From: Prasinococcaceae sp. CCMP 1430
Lineage: Eukaryota; Plantae; Prasinodermophyta
Direction of reading: 5' to 3'
Assembly (NCBI GenBank): GCA_013416795.1
Contig: RQSC01000002.1
Coordinates: forward strand, 410,603-474,602
Length of the DNA: 64,000 nucleotides
Made by a program: the position numbers and the translations under genes. Numbering within the stretch: the stretch's first letter is position 1; each line of letters opens with the position of its first letter. A model generated the notes under the pieces. The model was not told where the DNA came from. It searched no databases and saw only the letters and a program-made list of their open reading frames with translations. Of this stretch, positions 41,895 through 52,464 are shown one piece after another.

Positions 41895-42842
41895 ATGCCG
41901 CCGGCGAGGCGCGCCGACTTCGAGTCGATGGGGATCTACCTGGACGGCCGCCTGGGCAACGAACTGCGCGAGCTCGAGGCTGCGCGAGCCGGCGACGCCG
42001 GCTGGAAGCTCCGGGCTGCCGATCTGTATGCGCTTGCGACGATGCACTACCTCGGCGAGGAGCCGCTTGAGCGCATGGCGCTCGCGTGCGCCCTCGAGGC
42101 GCGCGCAGCGGGCGACTGCGGCAGTGGGGGTGGGGGCGGGGAGGGTGGTCCGACGATCAAGCACATTCTCGACGTTGGAAGCGGCTACGGCGGCGACGCG
42201 AATCTGCTTGCCGAGCGGTACGCGTGCCGAGTGACGGCGCTCGAGCTGCAGTCGCACATCTCGCAGGCCGCAGCAGCTATGACGCGCGAGGTGGGCGGCG
42301 CGCCCGCCACGTGCGTCGCGCACGTGCATGGGGACATCACGCAGGCGGAGACGGTGCGCGCGGTGTGCGGCGCGCACGGCGCGAACAAGAGCGAGCTTCA
42401 CGACGGCGCGGTCTCCGTACTGGTCATACTGCACGTGCCGGCTTCGCGACGCGGCGCGTGCTTTGAGGGCATACGCAAGGCGCTGCGACCAGGCGCCTGC
42501 CTCTACCTCGAGGACTACTACGCGCGAGGAAAGCTCAGCGAGCGCGATGTGAGCGAGCTCGCGGGAACGGTCGCCTGTCCTGGACCGCTGCCAGACAAGG
42601 ACGCGTACGTGGACGAAGTCACCGCGGCGGGCTTCGAGCTCGAGAGCTTCGAGGACATGACCGAGCGGTGGGCGGAGTACGTGCAGGCGCGCTTCGACGC
42701 TTGGGGCGCGAGCCGTGAGCGCCACCTTCGCGTCCACGGCGAGGAGCTGCACGCCGAACTCACGCACTTCTACTCCACTGTCCGCGGGCTCTTCAAGCGC
42801 GGCGGACTTGGGGGCTGCAGAATCGTCGCGCGCGCGGTCTAA
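41895..42842 (+). CDS. Class I SAM-dependent small-molecule methyltransferase (sarcosine/dimethylglycine-MT-like fold); may extend 5' with a transit peptide
   Basis: MHYLG, HILDVGSGYGG, VTALELQ, VSVLVILHVP, LRPGACLYLEDY, AAGFELESFEDMTERW, FYSTVRGLF..GGLGG; frame open upstream to 41220. Confidence 0.82.
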   Translation: MPPARRADFESMGIYLDGRLGNELRELEAARAGDAGWKLRAADLYALATMHYLGEEPLERMALACALEARAAGDCGSGGGGGEGGPTIKHILDVGSGYGGDANLLAERYACRVTALELQSHISQAAAAMTREVGGAPATCVAHVHGDITQAETVRAVCGAHGANKSELHDGAVSVLVILHVPASRRGACFEGIRKALRPGACLYLEDYYARGKLSERDVSELAGTVACPGPLPDKDAYVDEVTAAGFELESFEDMTERWAEYVQARFDAWGASRERHLRVHGEELHAELTHFYSTVRGLFKRGGLGGCRIVARAV

Positions 42843-43348
42843 AGTGCGCAGGGGGGAGGCACACAACATCACCGTAATAAGATCAGGCGCGGCCAGAGCG
42901 CACGGCGTCGAGCAGACGCAGGCGTTGGCGCCCTGCTTCTCGGCGATGCTCAGCGCCATGCCCACGAGCTGCACGCGTGCGGTACCAACCGCCGCGACGG
43001 TGACAAGCGTGAATTCCTTGTTGCGCGCCTTGCGGGGCATTGCGCGGGCAGCGGCATGCGCCCGCTCGCCCGAGGGTGCGCTGCGCGTCCGCTCAAGGGC
43101 CATCAATATTTGGGGTTCGCGACGCCGTCCCCGTGCGAGGGCGGCACAGCGCGCGCGCCGCGCGGCTTGTGCCTGTGTGGCGCGCGGGGTGGTGTTGGTG
43201 GGGCGGCGCGGCAGCGCGGCGGGAGGTGCGGCGCAGTGGAGGCACGCACTCGACTCGCGGCGGGGGAGGCGAGCCTTGCTGCTCGACCCTCCTCCCAGAC
43301 ACGCGCGTGCGCGCGCACGCACGCTCCAGCTGCGGGGCGGCTGCGGCC

Positions 43349-43648
43349 ATGATCGGCGCGGGCTTCGCCGCAGCGGGCGCAGCCGCACGGCGCGCGGCGG
43401 GGCCCGCACGGCGCGGCATGGCGTACGTCGCGCCCGGTGAGCGCGAGAAGAGGCTTTTAGCGCCCGACCCGCGCATCAACCAGTACGTCGTCGACTACGC
43501 GCAGCTCTGCGCCGTGAGCGCTGTCGGCGTCACCGCTGCAACGGCGATGATCGCCGTCATATGGTACCCCATGGTTGAGGGATTCTACAACAAGTGGTTC
43601 GGCTGGGGGCCGGAGTACAGGAAGCAGCTCGAGGCCGCCAAGAAGTGA
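43349..43648 (+). CDS. Small single-TM protein with presequence-like N-terminus (99 aa)
   Basis: MIGAGFAAAGAAARRAAGPARRG then a hydrophobic helix (LCAVSAVGVTAATAMIAVIWY) and a basic tail; strongly coding-like codon use. Confidence 0.6.
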   Translation: MIGAGFAAAGAAARRAAGPARRGMAYVAPGEREKRLLAPDPRINQYVVDYAQLCAVSAVGVTAATAMIAVIWYPMVEGFYNKWFGWGPEYRKQLEAAKK

Positions 43649-44274
43649 GGGGCTGGCTTTCAGCCGGGCTCGTCCTGCGTGCGGCGCGTGCTGCGCGCCC
43701 CAGCCGCGCGTGCGCGGCGGCGGCGGAACTGATTTTTTTTTACCTGGGCAATGGCCGTGCGGCGCTCGCCACTGGCGGCGCCACCGTCGCGCCTTCCTGC
43801 ACGCGCGTGGGAGCCCAATTAATTTGCCTCCTTTGGCACTGCACCCGCGCACAGTGCCGTCAGCCCTCGCATCGCCACCAGATCTCTCGCAGAGCTGCAG
43901 GCCACGCTCGCCGGTGCCGGCACATGCGCGCGGCGCCGACGCCCTCGAGCGCAGATGTGGGCGGACAGAGAGGCAGTCGTGCGCAGCATCGCAGCATCCT
44001 GTGCGCAGCGTACCGCTCGCAGCTTCCACTAGTGGCGTGCCTGCGAGCTTCCGCCAAGTCCTGTTCGGCCGCGCAGTCCATCCCTGTGCCCGGGAAGCGT
44101 GGGTACCTAGGTACAGTACTACTACCAGTGCTTTATCGTTAATGGTACAGGCCGCCCGTGCGAGCATCGGCAGCGCGAGCCGCCGTGCAGCAGCAATGGC
44201 GCTCGCGCTCGCCCGCCCAGGTCAGCAGGCCACCGCTACGCCTGGCCCCGAGGCTCGTGGCCGTCGCTCCTAGT

Positions 44275-44949
44275 TCACATGTCCATGTTCATGTCGAAGA
44301 CCTCGCCGTCGTCGTCCACATCGTCCATGTCGCTTTGGTCGGTCTCGTGCTTGGGCGCCGTGGACGTCGCGAAGTAGAGCACGCGCTTGAGTTTCTTGTT
44401 GTAAAAAATGTAGGAGAAGTGGCATATCGCGCCCTCGTCGCTGAAGGGGTCGTTCCCCTCGTCAGCGTTGTACGAGTAGATGTCGCAGTCGGCGAGGTCG
44501 ATGGCCTCGTCGATGGCCACCCACATGCTCGTAAACAGGTCGGGCTCGCCCGGTCCAGCGACCTCCACCCATGGCCCCTTGCACTCCAGCAGCCGCGACT
44601 CCACGTTCGATCGCACCATGTCGAGGCTGGGCTCCTTGGAGAAGTGGTGCGCGCGCAGCGACGTGAAGTCATAGTCGGGGTACATGTGGTTGAGCGTGAG
44701 GATGAGGTAGATGAGTGTCCTGCGGCTCTGCGCCTCGTTGAGCATGCCGACGGGGCTCGACGCCATGTCCGGCGACGCCACCAGCGAGTCGACCACGTCC
44801 TGCTCTAGCGAGCGGCACAGCTTTTTGTCCATGCCTGCGAGCTTGCACGAGTACGCCTCGGCCACGCCACGAAGCACGTGGTTGCCGAGGGGAAGGCCGT
44901 TGAGGAAACCGCCCACCCGCGCGAGCTTGGGGTACTCCAAGTACTTCAT
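44275..44949 (-). CDS. MAF1: Repressor of RNA polymerase III transcription MAF1
   Basis: MKYLE, EAYSCKLAG.DKKL, RRTLIYLILTLNHMYPDYDF, AIDEAIDLADCDIYSY, FSYIFYNKKLKRVLYF. Confidence 0.96.
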   Translation of the reverse strand: MKYLEYPKLARVGGFLNGLPLGNHVLRGVAEAYSCKLAGMDKKLCRSLEQDVVDSLVASPDMASSPVGMLNEAQSRRTLIYLILTLNHMYPDYDFTSLRAHHFSKEPSLDMVRSNVESRLLECKGPWVEVAGPGEPDLFTSMWVAIDEAIDLADCDIYSYNADEGNDPFSDEGAICHFSYIFYNKKLKRVLYFATSTAPKHETDQSDMDDVDDDGEVFDMNMDM

Positions 44950-45226
44950 CGCCACTGCGGGGCGCCGGCCGGGGCCGGGGCGCGCGTCATCGGTCGCGGG
45001 GTGGGTGGGTGGAAGGGGGGAAGAGTGGCCCGGCCGGTCCCAAGGGGGCCTCGCCTCACCGTGCGCGCGCGGCGCGCCAGTGCGGGCGCGCGCGCGCTGA
45101 GTTCGCTCGCGCGCGGAAAAATCGCGCGGCGGCTGCGAGCATTGCTTGCGCGCGCCCCGGTACGCTATCCTCAGGGTATTCGCCGTTCGTGGGGAGTGGC
45201 GACGCACACTGCGCGCTGTCGGCACG

Positions 45227-48200
45227 ATGCCGGGCGATGCAGACGCAGCCAAGCGAGCCGAACGCGCCACTGCCGATGACGCAGCAGCGGCTGAAGCCGC
45301 AGTCGACGCGGCCGAGCGCGGAGCGGCGGCGCCCCCCTGGACCAAGACTGGGGGCGACGAAACCAGCGCCGTGCACGTCGGCGACCTGCGTTTTCTCGAT
45401 CCGGCGTCGCCCGACTTCGACCTCAGGGATCACATTCAGCAGGTGAAGTCGCTTGTGAACAGCCTTGGCTACACGCGCAGCCAGATTGACGTGACGTGGT
45501 CGGACCTGACGGTAGCCGTCCCAGGCGAGTCCGAGGACCAAGTGCCAGAGATTTCCACCTTCGCCACCAACACGGAGCAGTGTCTCGGGAAGCCGCTGTC
45601 ACTCGTGCACAAAGTGCAGGCGCTCGCCGGTCGTGCAGGCGCGCTCTGCGGCATCAGGAAGCCGAGCGGGGGCGAGCTGCCGCCCGACAGGCTCATCCTT
45701 AAGGGCCTCACAGGGTATGCGCGCAGCGGGGAGCTCACGCTCATCATCGGGCCGCCTGGAAGCGGCTGTTCCACGCTGTGTAACGTGCTGTCAGGGCAGA
45801 CAAGGCACTACAAGGCGGTGCGTGGTGACGTGCGCTTCAACGGCACAAAGCTCGGGGACCAGTTGCCGAGCTCGCTAGGCCTGGTGGCGGTTGGCGAGGC
45901 GGACCTTCACTTCCCCACGCTCACAGTCGACCAGACTATTGAGCTCGCCACGACGTTGCGCACACAGCTGCCCGAGGGTCACGAACTGCGAGGGCAGCTG
46001 ATCGAGCTGCGGAAGACGGTCACAGAGTGCGTGCTGGGCATTCACCACGTCCGCAATACCCTTGTGGGAGACGAGCTCGTGCGCGGTGTCAGCGGCGGCG
46101 AGCGGCGGCGCGTCACAATCGCCGAGATGCTGAGCACTGTCGGGAGATTCCTCGTTCTGGACGCATACTCGAAGGGCCTGGACGCCGCCACCTCGCTGGA
46201 CATTATCAAGTCCCTGCGCATCGCGGCGCGGGAGCTGGGCAGTACGATCATCGCAACGCAATACCAGATTTCGAAGGAGATCTACGAGCAATTCGACAAC
46301 GTGGTCGTCCTGCGCGAATCCGAGTGCATTTACTTCGGTCCCATCGGCGAGGCGTGCGCCTATTTCCAGGGGCTCAACTTTCGCGTTCCCGTTCGCAGGA
46401 CGGTCCCCGACCTCTTGTCCACCCTCGCGGACGATCCTGTCACATTTCCCGAAGACGCCGACGAGGCGGCACGCACTCCGCAGAGCGTGGAGGAGCTGTC
46501 CGAGGCGTACCATCAGTCCCAGGCCTTTGCGGAGTGCCGCCAGCTCGTTTCGGAGGGGATGGTGCGCCCGCCGCCGGCGCCAGCTCACCAGAGCGAGGAC
46601 GCCAGGGCGTTTATGGCGCGTCAATACCTGGTGTCCTGGCCCACACAGTTTCGCTTGGTGTTTAAGCGCGAGTGGCGGGTGAAGACGCAGAGCCCGAAGA
46701 TGATCATCTTCAGGTTGGTCAGATTCACCGTCTTGGGGCTGCTGCTAGGCGCTGCATTTTGGCAACTGCCCGAAAACATCGATGGCGCGTACTCGCGCGG
46801 TGGCTTCCTCTACTTTGCGCTTAACTACGTCGCCCTGGCCGCGCTCTCGCAGATGTCGCCGCTGCTCGACGCGCGCCAAGTGTTTTACAAGCAGCGCGAC
46901 GCCGACTTTTACAGCCCCAGCAGCTACTTCCTCGCGTCGACCGCGGCCGACATTCCACTGCAGTTCCTCGAGACGGCGCTCTTCGTCAACACGACGTATT
47001 GGATGATCGGACTCAACACAAGCCCTGGCAGCCGCTTCGTTTACTACTGGCTGGCGCTGCAAAGCGTCAACCTCATGATGTCGTGCTTTTCCCGCATGGC
47101 CACCGCAAACTCGGCAAATCTGTCAGCCGCACAGGGAAAGGTGGTCGCGCTTGTCGTGATTTTCATAATCTTCGCGGGCTATCTGATCCCGCGCAATGCC
47201 ATGCCCCCGTACCTTGTGTGGGTCAACTGGGTGTCACCTTTCAAGTACGTCTACGAGGGACTCGTGGTGAACGAGTTTGACAACCTGTGCCTCGAGCCAA
47301 GCACTACGCAGCTGGAGGGCATTGAAGAGCTCGCGACGCAGTTAGACATCGACGTAACGCCACCGGCATGTACGCCGGGCACCGAATACATCGCATTCAC
47401 CTACGATGTGCAAATCGCTGACTACGTCAAGTGGCTGTACCTGCTCGTCATTTGGGGCATCACGGTGGTCTTCGCCGCTGCTGGGGTGTTCTACCTGAAG
47501 TTCTACTCCATCGGCGGCGAGCAATCAGTCCTCAAGTACAAACGCCGTCGCAAAGAGGCGCAATGGAAGGTGGACGCTCCACTGGTCGCGCAATTTCGCC
47601 GCCGGAATTCCGAGCGCCGCAAGGCGCACGAGGCCGGCATCCGCCGTGCGGAGGAGCAGGCCGCCAGCAGGATGGCGTCGGAGCCCGTGGTCGGCATTCG
47701 AGGCACTGGCAGCGCCATGGGCACCCGCGTGTCAATGGACATCGCCAGCGGGGACGTCGTAGACCGCTTTGACAGCAAGTCGCCCACCGGCGCTGGCGCC
47801 GGCATCATCCCCTTCCAGAAGGCGCTCTTCGAATGGCGTGATATGTCGTACACGGTCCCGACACCCAGTGGCCCGCTGACGCTTTTGGACAAAGTCAGCG
47901 GTTACGCGCACCCCGGCATGCTCACTGCGCTTATGGGCGCCTCCGGCGCCGGAAAGACGACTTTACTCGACTGTTTGGCGCGGCGCAAGACAGGGGGCGA
48001 AATCACCGGCAGCGTCACTATCAACGGAGTCCCGCAGGACGACACTTTCAAGCGGTACACGGGTTATGTGGAGCAGTTCGACGTGCTGCATCCGCGCCTG
48101 ACGGTCCGCGAGACGCTGCAGTTCAGCGCGGCGCTGCGGCTGCCGCCAGGCACAAGCAAGGAGCTCCGGCGCCAGGCGGTGCGCGACACAGAGGAGCTGT

Positions 48201-50030
48201 TATCGCTTGGGCACGTGGCCGACGCGCTCGTGGGCAACCTCGGATGGCCTGCCGCGATCAGCCTCGAGCAGCGCAAGCGGCTGAACATTGGCATCGAGCT
48301 CGTCAATTCGCCGAGCGTGCTGTTCATGGACGAGCCCACGTCGGGGCTTGATACCAACGCCGCCATCGTGGTAATGCGCTCGTGCCGCATCATCGCCGAC
48401 GCGGGCCGCTCTGTGCTGTGCACCATCCATCAACCGAGCAGCGAACTTTTCGAGGTCTTCGACACGATGCTGCTGCTCAAGCAGGGTGGCAAGACCGTCT
48501 ACTTCGGACCGCTGGGCGCCTTCAGCAGCGACCTCATTGGCTACTTCGAACGCAACGGGGCGCCTCCCTGCGGAGAGCACGCGAACCCCGCCGACTGGAT
48601 GCTGATGAACATCGGTGCAGGCATCACCAAGCAAAGTGGCTCGACGCCGCCGCCTGCCAACGGCGTGGGCGACACGGTCGTTGTGCGTTCGGGCGAGCCG
48701 CAGGATCCACCGGGCACCGACGCCACCGCCAAAGACGGCGACAATCACGGTGCCGCCAGCGCGAAGGAACCACGAGGCGATCCCGCCAACATGGATTGGG
48801 CGGCCATCTGGGCGGCCAGCCCCGAGGCTGCCGATGTGCTCAAGTTGCTGGACAAAGGCCCACCGCCCAATGTCGAGCCGCTCGTCTTCGAGCGCGAGAT
48901 AGCGCAGGGTTTCTCGACGCAATTCCGTCAGTGCCTGGGCCGCGCGTTCCGCGCCTTCTGGCGCACGCCCGAGTCCAACTTTGCGCGAATGACCTTCAAC
49001 ACCTTCCTCGGTCTGATGATAGGGTTGCTTTTCTTACAGCTCGACAACTCCCAGCAAGGCCTGCAGTTACATGTGAGCGTGCTTTTCGTTGGCGTCATCG
49101 CCGCCCTTTACAATATCATGATCGCAATGCCGCCGCTGCTTGGGGAGCGCGCGGTGCTTTACCGCGAGTTAGCTGCAGGTTTCTACGGCCCAAGGGCCTA
49201 CGGGCTGGCGGTGGCCATCGTAGAGCTGCCTTTTGTGACGGCGTCCACCTTCCTGTACATCTTTTGCTTCTATTTCCTGGTTGGCTTCCCTGCCTCTCGC
49301 CTCGGATACTTCATCGTCATGCAACTCGTTTTCGTATTTTTTGCCGTCTTCTTTGGGCAAGCCTGTGTCGTGTGGCTACCAAGCCTTGTCGATGCCCAGC
49401 AGACTGTTCCGACGCTCGGGATGCTTTTCCAGCTCTTCTGCGGGTTCTTGGTCCCCCGCTCCCAGATCCGTGGCTTCCTCATCTGGATATATTGGATCAA
49501 CAGCTACACATATGTACGCACGAATGCGCGAAAGTGCGCCACCGCGCTGCCGAATTGACTCACACGATGTGCAGTTCACGGCGGCTCATCCTGCGCTGCC
49601 TAGGGATGCGCTCGCGCAGCCGATGCTGACAGTCAGGGCCCGCTCGCTCGCGCCCTCGTGCCCATTTCTACCGCAACCAAAGTACCTGGGCGGCCAGGTG
49701 ATAAATCAGCTCGAGGACACGACTTTCTTCTGCAATCAGGACGAGTTCGTGCTGACGCTCAACTCCACCGAGGCGTGCGAGGACTGCGAGTCGCAGGGTG
49801 CGGACGCACCGCCGGTGTGCGTCGAGAACGTGCGCCGCGCCAACGACAACAACAGCGCCTGCGGCTACTGCCAGTACACGTCGGGCGAGAGCTTCCTCGA
49901 ATTCTATTCGATGGACAGGGCGCCGGTGAGCGACAAATGGGCCAACGTGGGGTACGTCGCGATCTGGTTGGTGGCTGCGCGCGCCGTCACCGTCCTTGGG
50001 CTCGTCTGTGTCCGCCACTACACGCGGTGA
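45227..50030 (+). CDS. Full-size ABCG/PDR transporter (NBD-TMD-NBD-TMD); intron 49514-49682
   Basis: NBD1 GPPGSGCST, VSGGERRRVTIAE; NBD2 GASGAGKTTLLD, EQRKRLNIGIEL, FMDEPTSGLD, CTIHQPS; two ABC2 membrane domains. Confidence 0.93.
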
Positions 50031-50206
50031 TGCGGTCGGACGCGCCCGCCCGACCGCTCGATCGCGGCCACGTAAGAAGCGAGAGACCTTCATTTACTGA
50101 GATGTTACTGCAGAAATGCCACCACGCAGCAGTCGCGCGCGTCTCTAGTCTATTATCCTAGTCACTGGAGTAGTAGTCTAGTCTAGTACTGCTATGTACT
50201 ATAAGT

Positions 50207-51673
50207 TCAGAGCCCAGTCTCATCTATGTCGAGATCCTCCGCCATAAGTAGCAGCCCCGCGGCCTCCTCCTCCTCCTCCTCCTCGTCCCCGCCAAAGAAC
50301 ACCTGGCCTTTCGTGCGCCCGCCGCCGCCGCGCACGTCCCCGCCTCGCGCGGCGAGTGCGGTGCCACGCCTATCGCCGAGCGGCATGAGCGAGCTGGCGG
50401 CCGCGTAGAAGAGCGGCGCCGCGCACAACGCGATGCCTGCGAGGACAAGCCACGTGCGCTGTGGATCCCATGCGAAGGGCCAGCCCAGCAGCAGCGCCCC
50501 GGTGAACATGCCGCCGCTCACACAGCCGTTCAGTAGTCCCTGGCAGGTGGCCTCCAGGCCGGCTGGGGCAGCCGTGTGGGTGAATCGCTGGCCAACGGCG
50601 TAGAAGAGCCCGAAGGTAATGCCGTGGAGCAACTGCACGGGCAGGACGATCCACGGCGAGCCAAGCACCGGCAGGACGCCGTACAGCCCGAAGCGCGCCG
50701 CGAAGCAGACGAACACGAAGGTGATGGAGCAGTCGTTGCCCAGAGCGTCCATGATGCGCTCGGCGTAGAAGAAGATGGCCACCTCGCTCAGGCACGTGAA
50801 GGTGAGCGCGAGGCCCATCAGTAGCGTCGTGCCACCGAGCATGTCAAGGTACAAAAAGAGGTACGTTTCGACCATTCCCATGAATGACGCCGCCAGGAAG
50901 AACGCGGCGTACGTCAGCGCCACACGCGGGTGACGCAGCACCCGTGCCATGCGGCGTGCGGAGGAGGACGGGGCGGCAGGCGCGCCCCGCGCGCCGCCGA
51001 AGGCAGCAAGCTCGTCATCGGAACGCTTCCTCTTGAGCATAGCGCTGCGCCGCGCCGCTGGCGTGGTGTGATCGAGTGTGAGTGCGAGCGCCGCCGTCAC
51101 GAAGATCACACCCACGTGCAGTCCGAAAGTGGCCACCCATCGCGTTTCCTCGCCCAGGTCCGCGATGATGGCGCCCGACAGCGGCGCGAATACCCATCCC
51201 CAGCCGATAGCCCCCCAGAGCCGCTGTCGGCCGTACGCTCCCAGCGGCATGCCCGCGCGCTCGAGCGCAGCGTTTGTCGAGCCGTCGGCGAGGCACGTCG
51301 CCGCGGCGCCGAGCGCCTCCGATGCGATCACGAGCGCGAGCAGCGTGGCCTCGCCGCAGGCGCGTGGCGCCAGCGCGAGCGCGAGGCGCACGAGCGCGCT
51401 CGTCGTGAGCGAGAGCGCGTGCAGCCTCGGGTGCCAGCCCGTGGCGTCGGCGGCGGCGCCCCACAGCGGCGCCACGAGTGCGCCGGTGAGCGTCCGCGCC
51501 GCGGCGAGCCGCGACACGGCCGCCGAGCCGAGGCTGTACCGCTTCTCGGACAGCAGCGGCAGCCACGGCCACGCGCACGCCATGCCGCCGAACAGGAGGA
51601 AGTAGAGCGCCTTCTGCCGCCACATGCGCGCTCGCGCGGCGAGCTGCGGCGCCGTTGGCGCGCCGGGAGTCAT
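50207..51673 (-). CDS. Major facilitator superfamily transporter (MFSD6/MFS_1_like)
   Basis: KALYFLLFGGMACAWPWLPL, APLWGAAAD, YGRQRLWGAIGWG, ETYLFLYL, SEVAIFFYA, QLLHGITFGL, CQGLLNG; about 12 hydrophobic segments. Confidence 0.88.
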   Translation of the reverse strand: MTPGAPTAPQLAARARMWRQKALYFLLFGGMACAWPWLPLLSEKRYSLGSAAVSRLAAARTLTGALVAPLWGAAADATGWHPRLHALSLTTSALVRLALALAPRACGEATLLALVIASEALGAAATCLADGSTNAALERAGMPLGAYGRQRLWGAIGWGWVFAPLSGAIIADLGEETRWVATFGLHVGVIFVTAALALTLDHTTPAARRSAMLKRKRSDDELAAFGGARGAPAAPSSSARRMARVLRHPRVALTYAAFFLAASFMGMVETYLFLYLDMLGGTTLLMGLALTFTCLSEVAIFFYAERIMDALGNDCSITFVFVCFAARFGLYGVLPVLGSPWIVLPVQLLHGITFGLFYAVGQRFTHTAAPAGLEATCQGLLNGCVSGGMFTGALLLGWPFAWDPQRTWLVLAGIALCAAPLFYAAASSLMPLGDRRGTALAARGGDVRGGGGRTKGQVFFGGDEEEEEEEAAGLLLMAEDLDIDETGL

Positions 51674-52159
51674 CGCCTCCCCCTACCCAGAGGTGGGGGG
51701 GTGGGGGGGGGGGAGGGCGGCGCCGGCCGCGCGCGGCGCCGGCTCGCGGCGGCGCCCGCGCGATCCGGCAGCCGCCGCAGCGCCCGCCCGCGCCCTGCGT
51801 GCGATCCTCTATTCGATAATCACAAAACTCAGTATGATGAACCAACGGGCGACACTCGAAAACCAAAAAGCGCACTCGACAGCAGTGTCAAAAGGAGGTT
51901 TCGCCTGCGGGCGCGCGTTCGCCTTCGCCCTCTCGGTTTGATGACGAGCGCGCGAACGCCGGGGGAGCTCGTTGCGTCGCTGCCGGGGAGGCCGCGAGGT
52001 GTGTGCAGCCGGTCGAGCCGAGCGGGAAGGGAGCGGAGGCCGAGGCGGAGGCGGAGGCGGAAGCGCGGCGAGACTGCGACGGCTCGCGTCGCGCGGGCGG
52101 GTGCGATTTGACCGAGGGCTCGTCGGAGAGAGCCGGGCTCGCTCGCGGTCGCGGTCCCA

Positions 52160-52307
52160 GCGCCTCGGCGCTCTCCGGCCCCCCCTCGCCGGAGCCCACG
52201 GCGCCGCCGCCCAAGATGGCGTCGTCGAGCCCCTGCTTGCGGCTTGACACCTCGAAGAGGCGTTGCTCGTACGTACCCTTGGTGATTAATCGATAGATGG
52301 TGACGTC
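52160..52307 (-). other. Orphan fragment of a CHD6-9-type SNF2 helicase C-terminal motif region
   Basis: DVTIYRLITKGTYEQRLFEVSSRKQGLDDAILG begins immediately at N 52308; no flanking helicase sequence. Confidence 0.7.
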
Positions 52308-52464
52308 NCCGCGTTCGCGTCCGAGCGCGCGCTGACGCTCGCGCCGCCTGCGCGCGCTCGCGCTCCGCCCTTTCCCCTCCCCCTCCCCTCCCGACCGCGC
52401 TCGGCGGCGACTGGTGGGCGGCACCCTCGCAGTCCCGATCGTCAAGGCGAAGTCAGCCTGAGCG

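Noticed and set aside
42840-43105. Possible small minus-strand ORF (MPRKARNKEFTLVTVAAVG...)
   Set aside because: No recognisable family, no clear stop or exon structure; cannot be supported without RNA data
43750-44032. Possible small spliced + strand gene (MAVRRSPL...RSLAELQATLAG...SFH*)
   Set aside because: Splice sites are plausible but there is no homology and the codon signal is weak
51830-51940. ATGATGA motif suggesting a box C/D snoRNA
   Set aside because: No properly spaced CTGA D box or terminal stem
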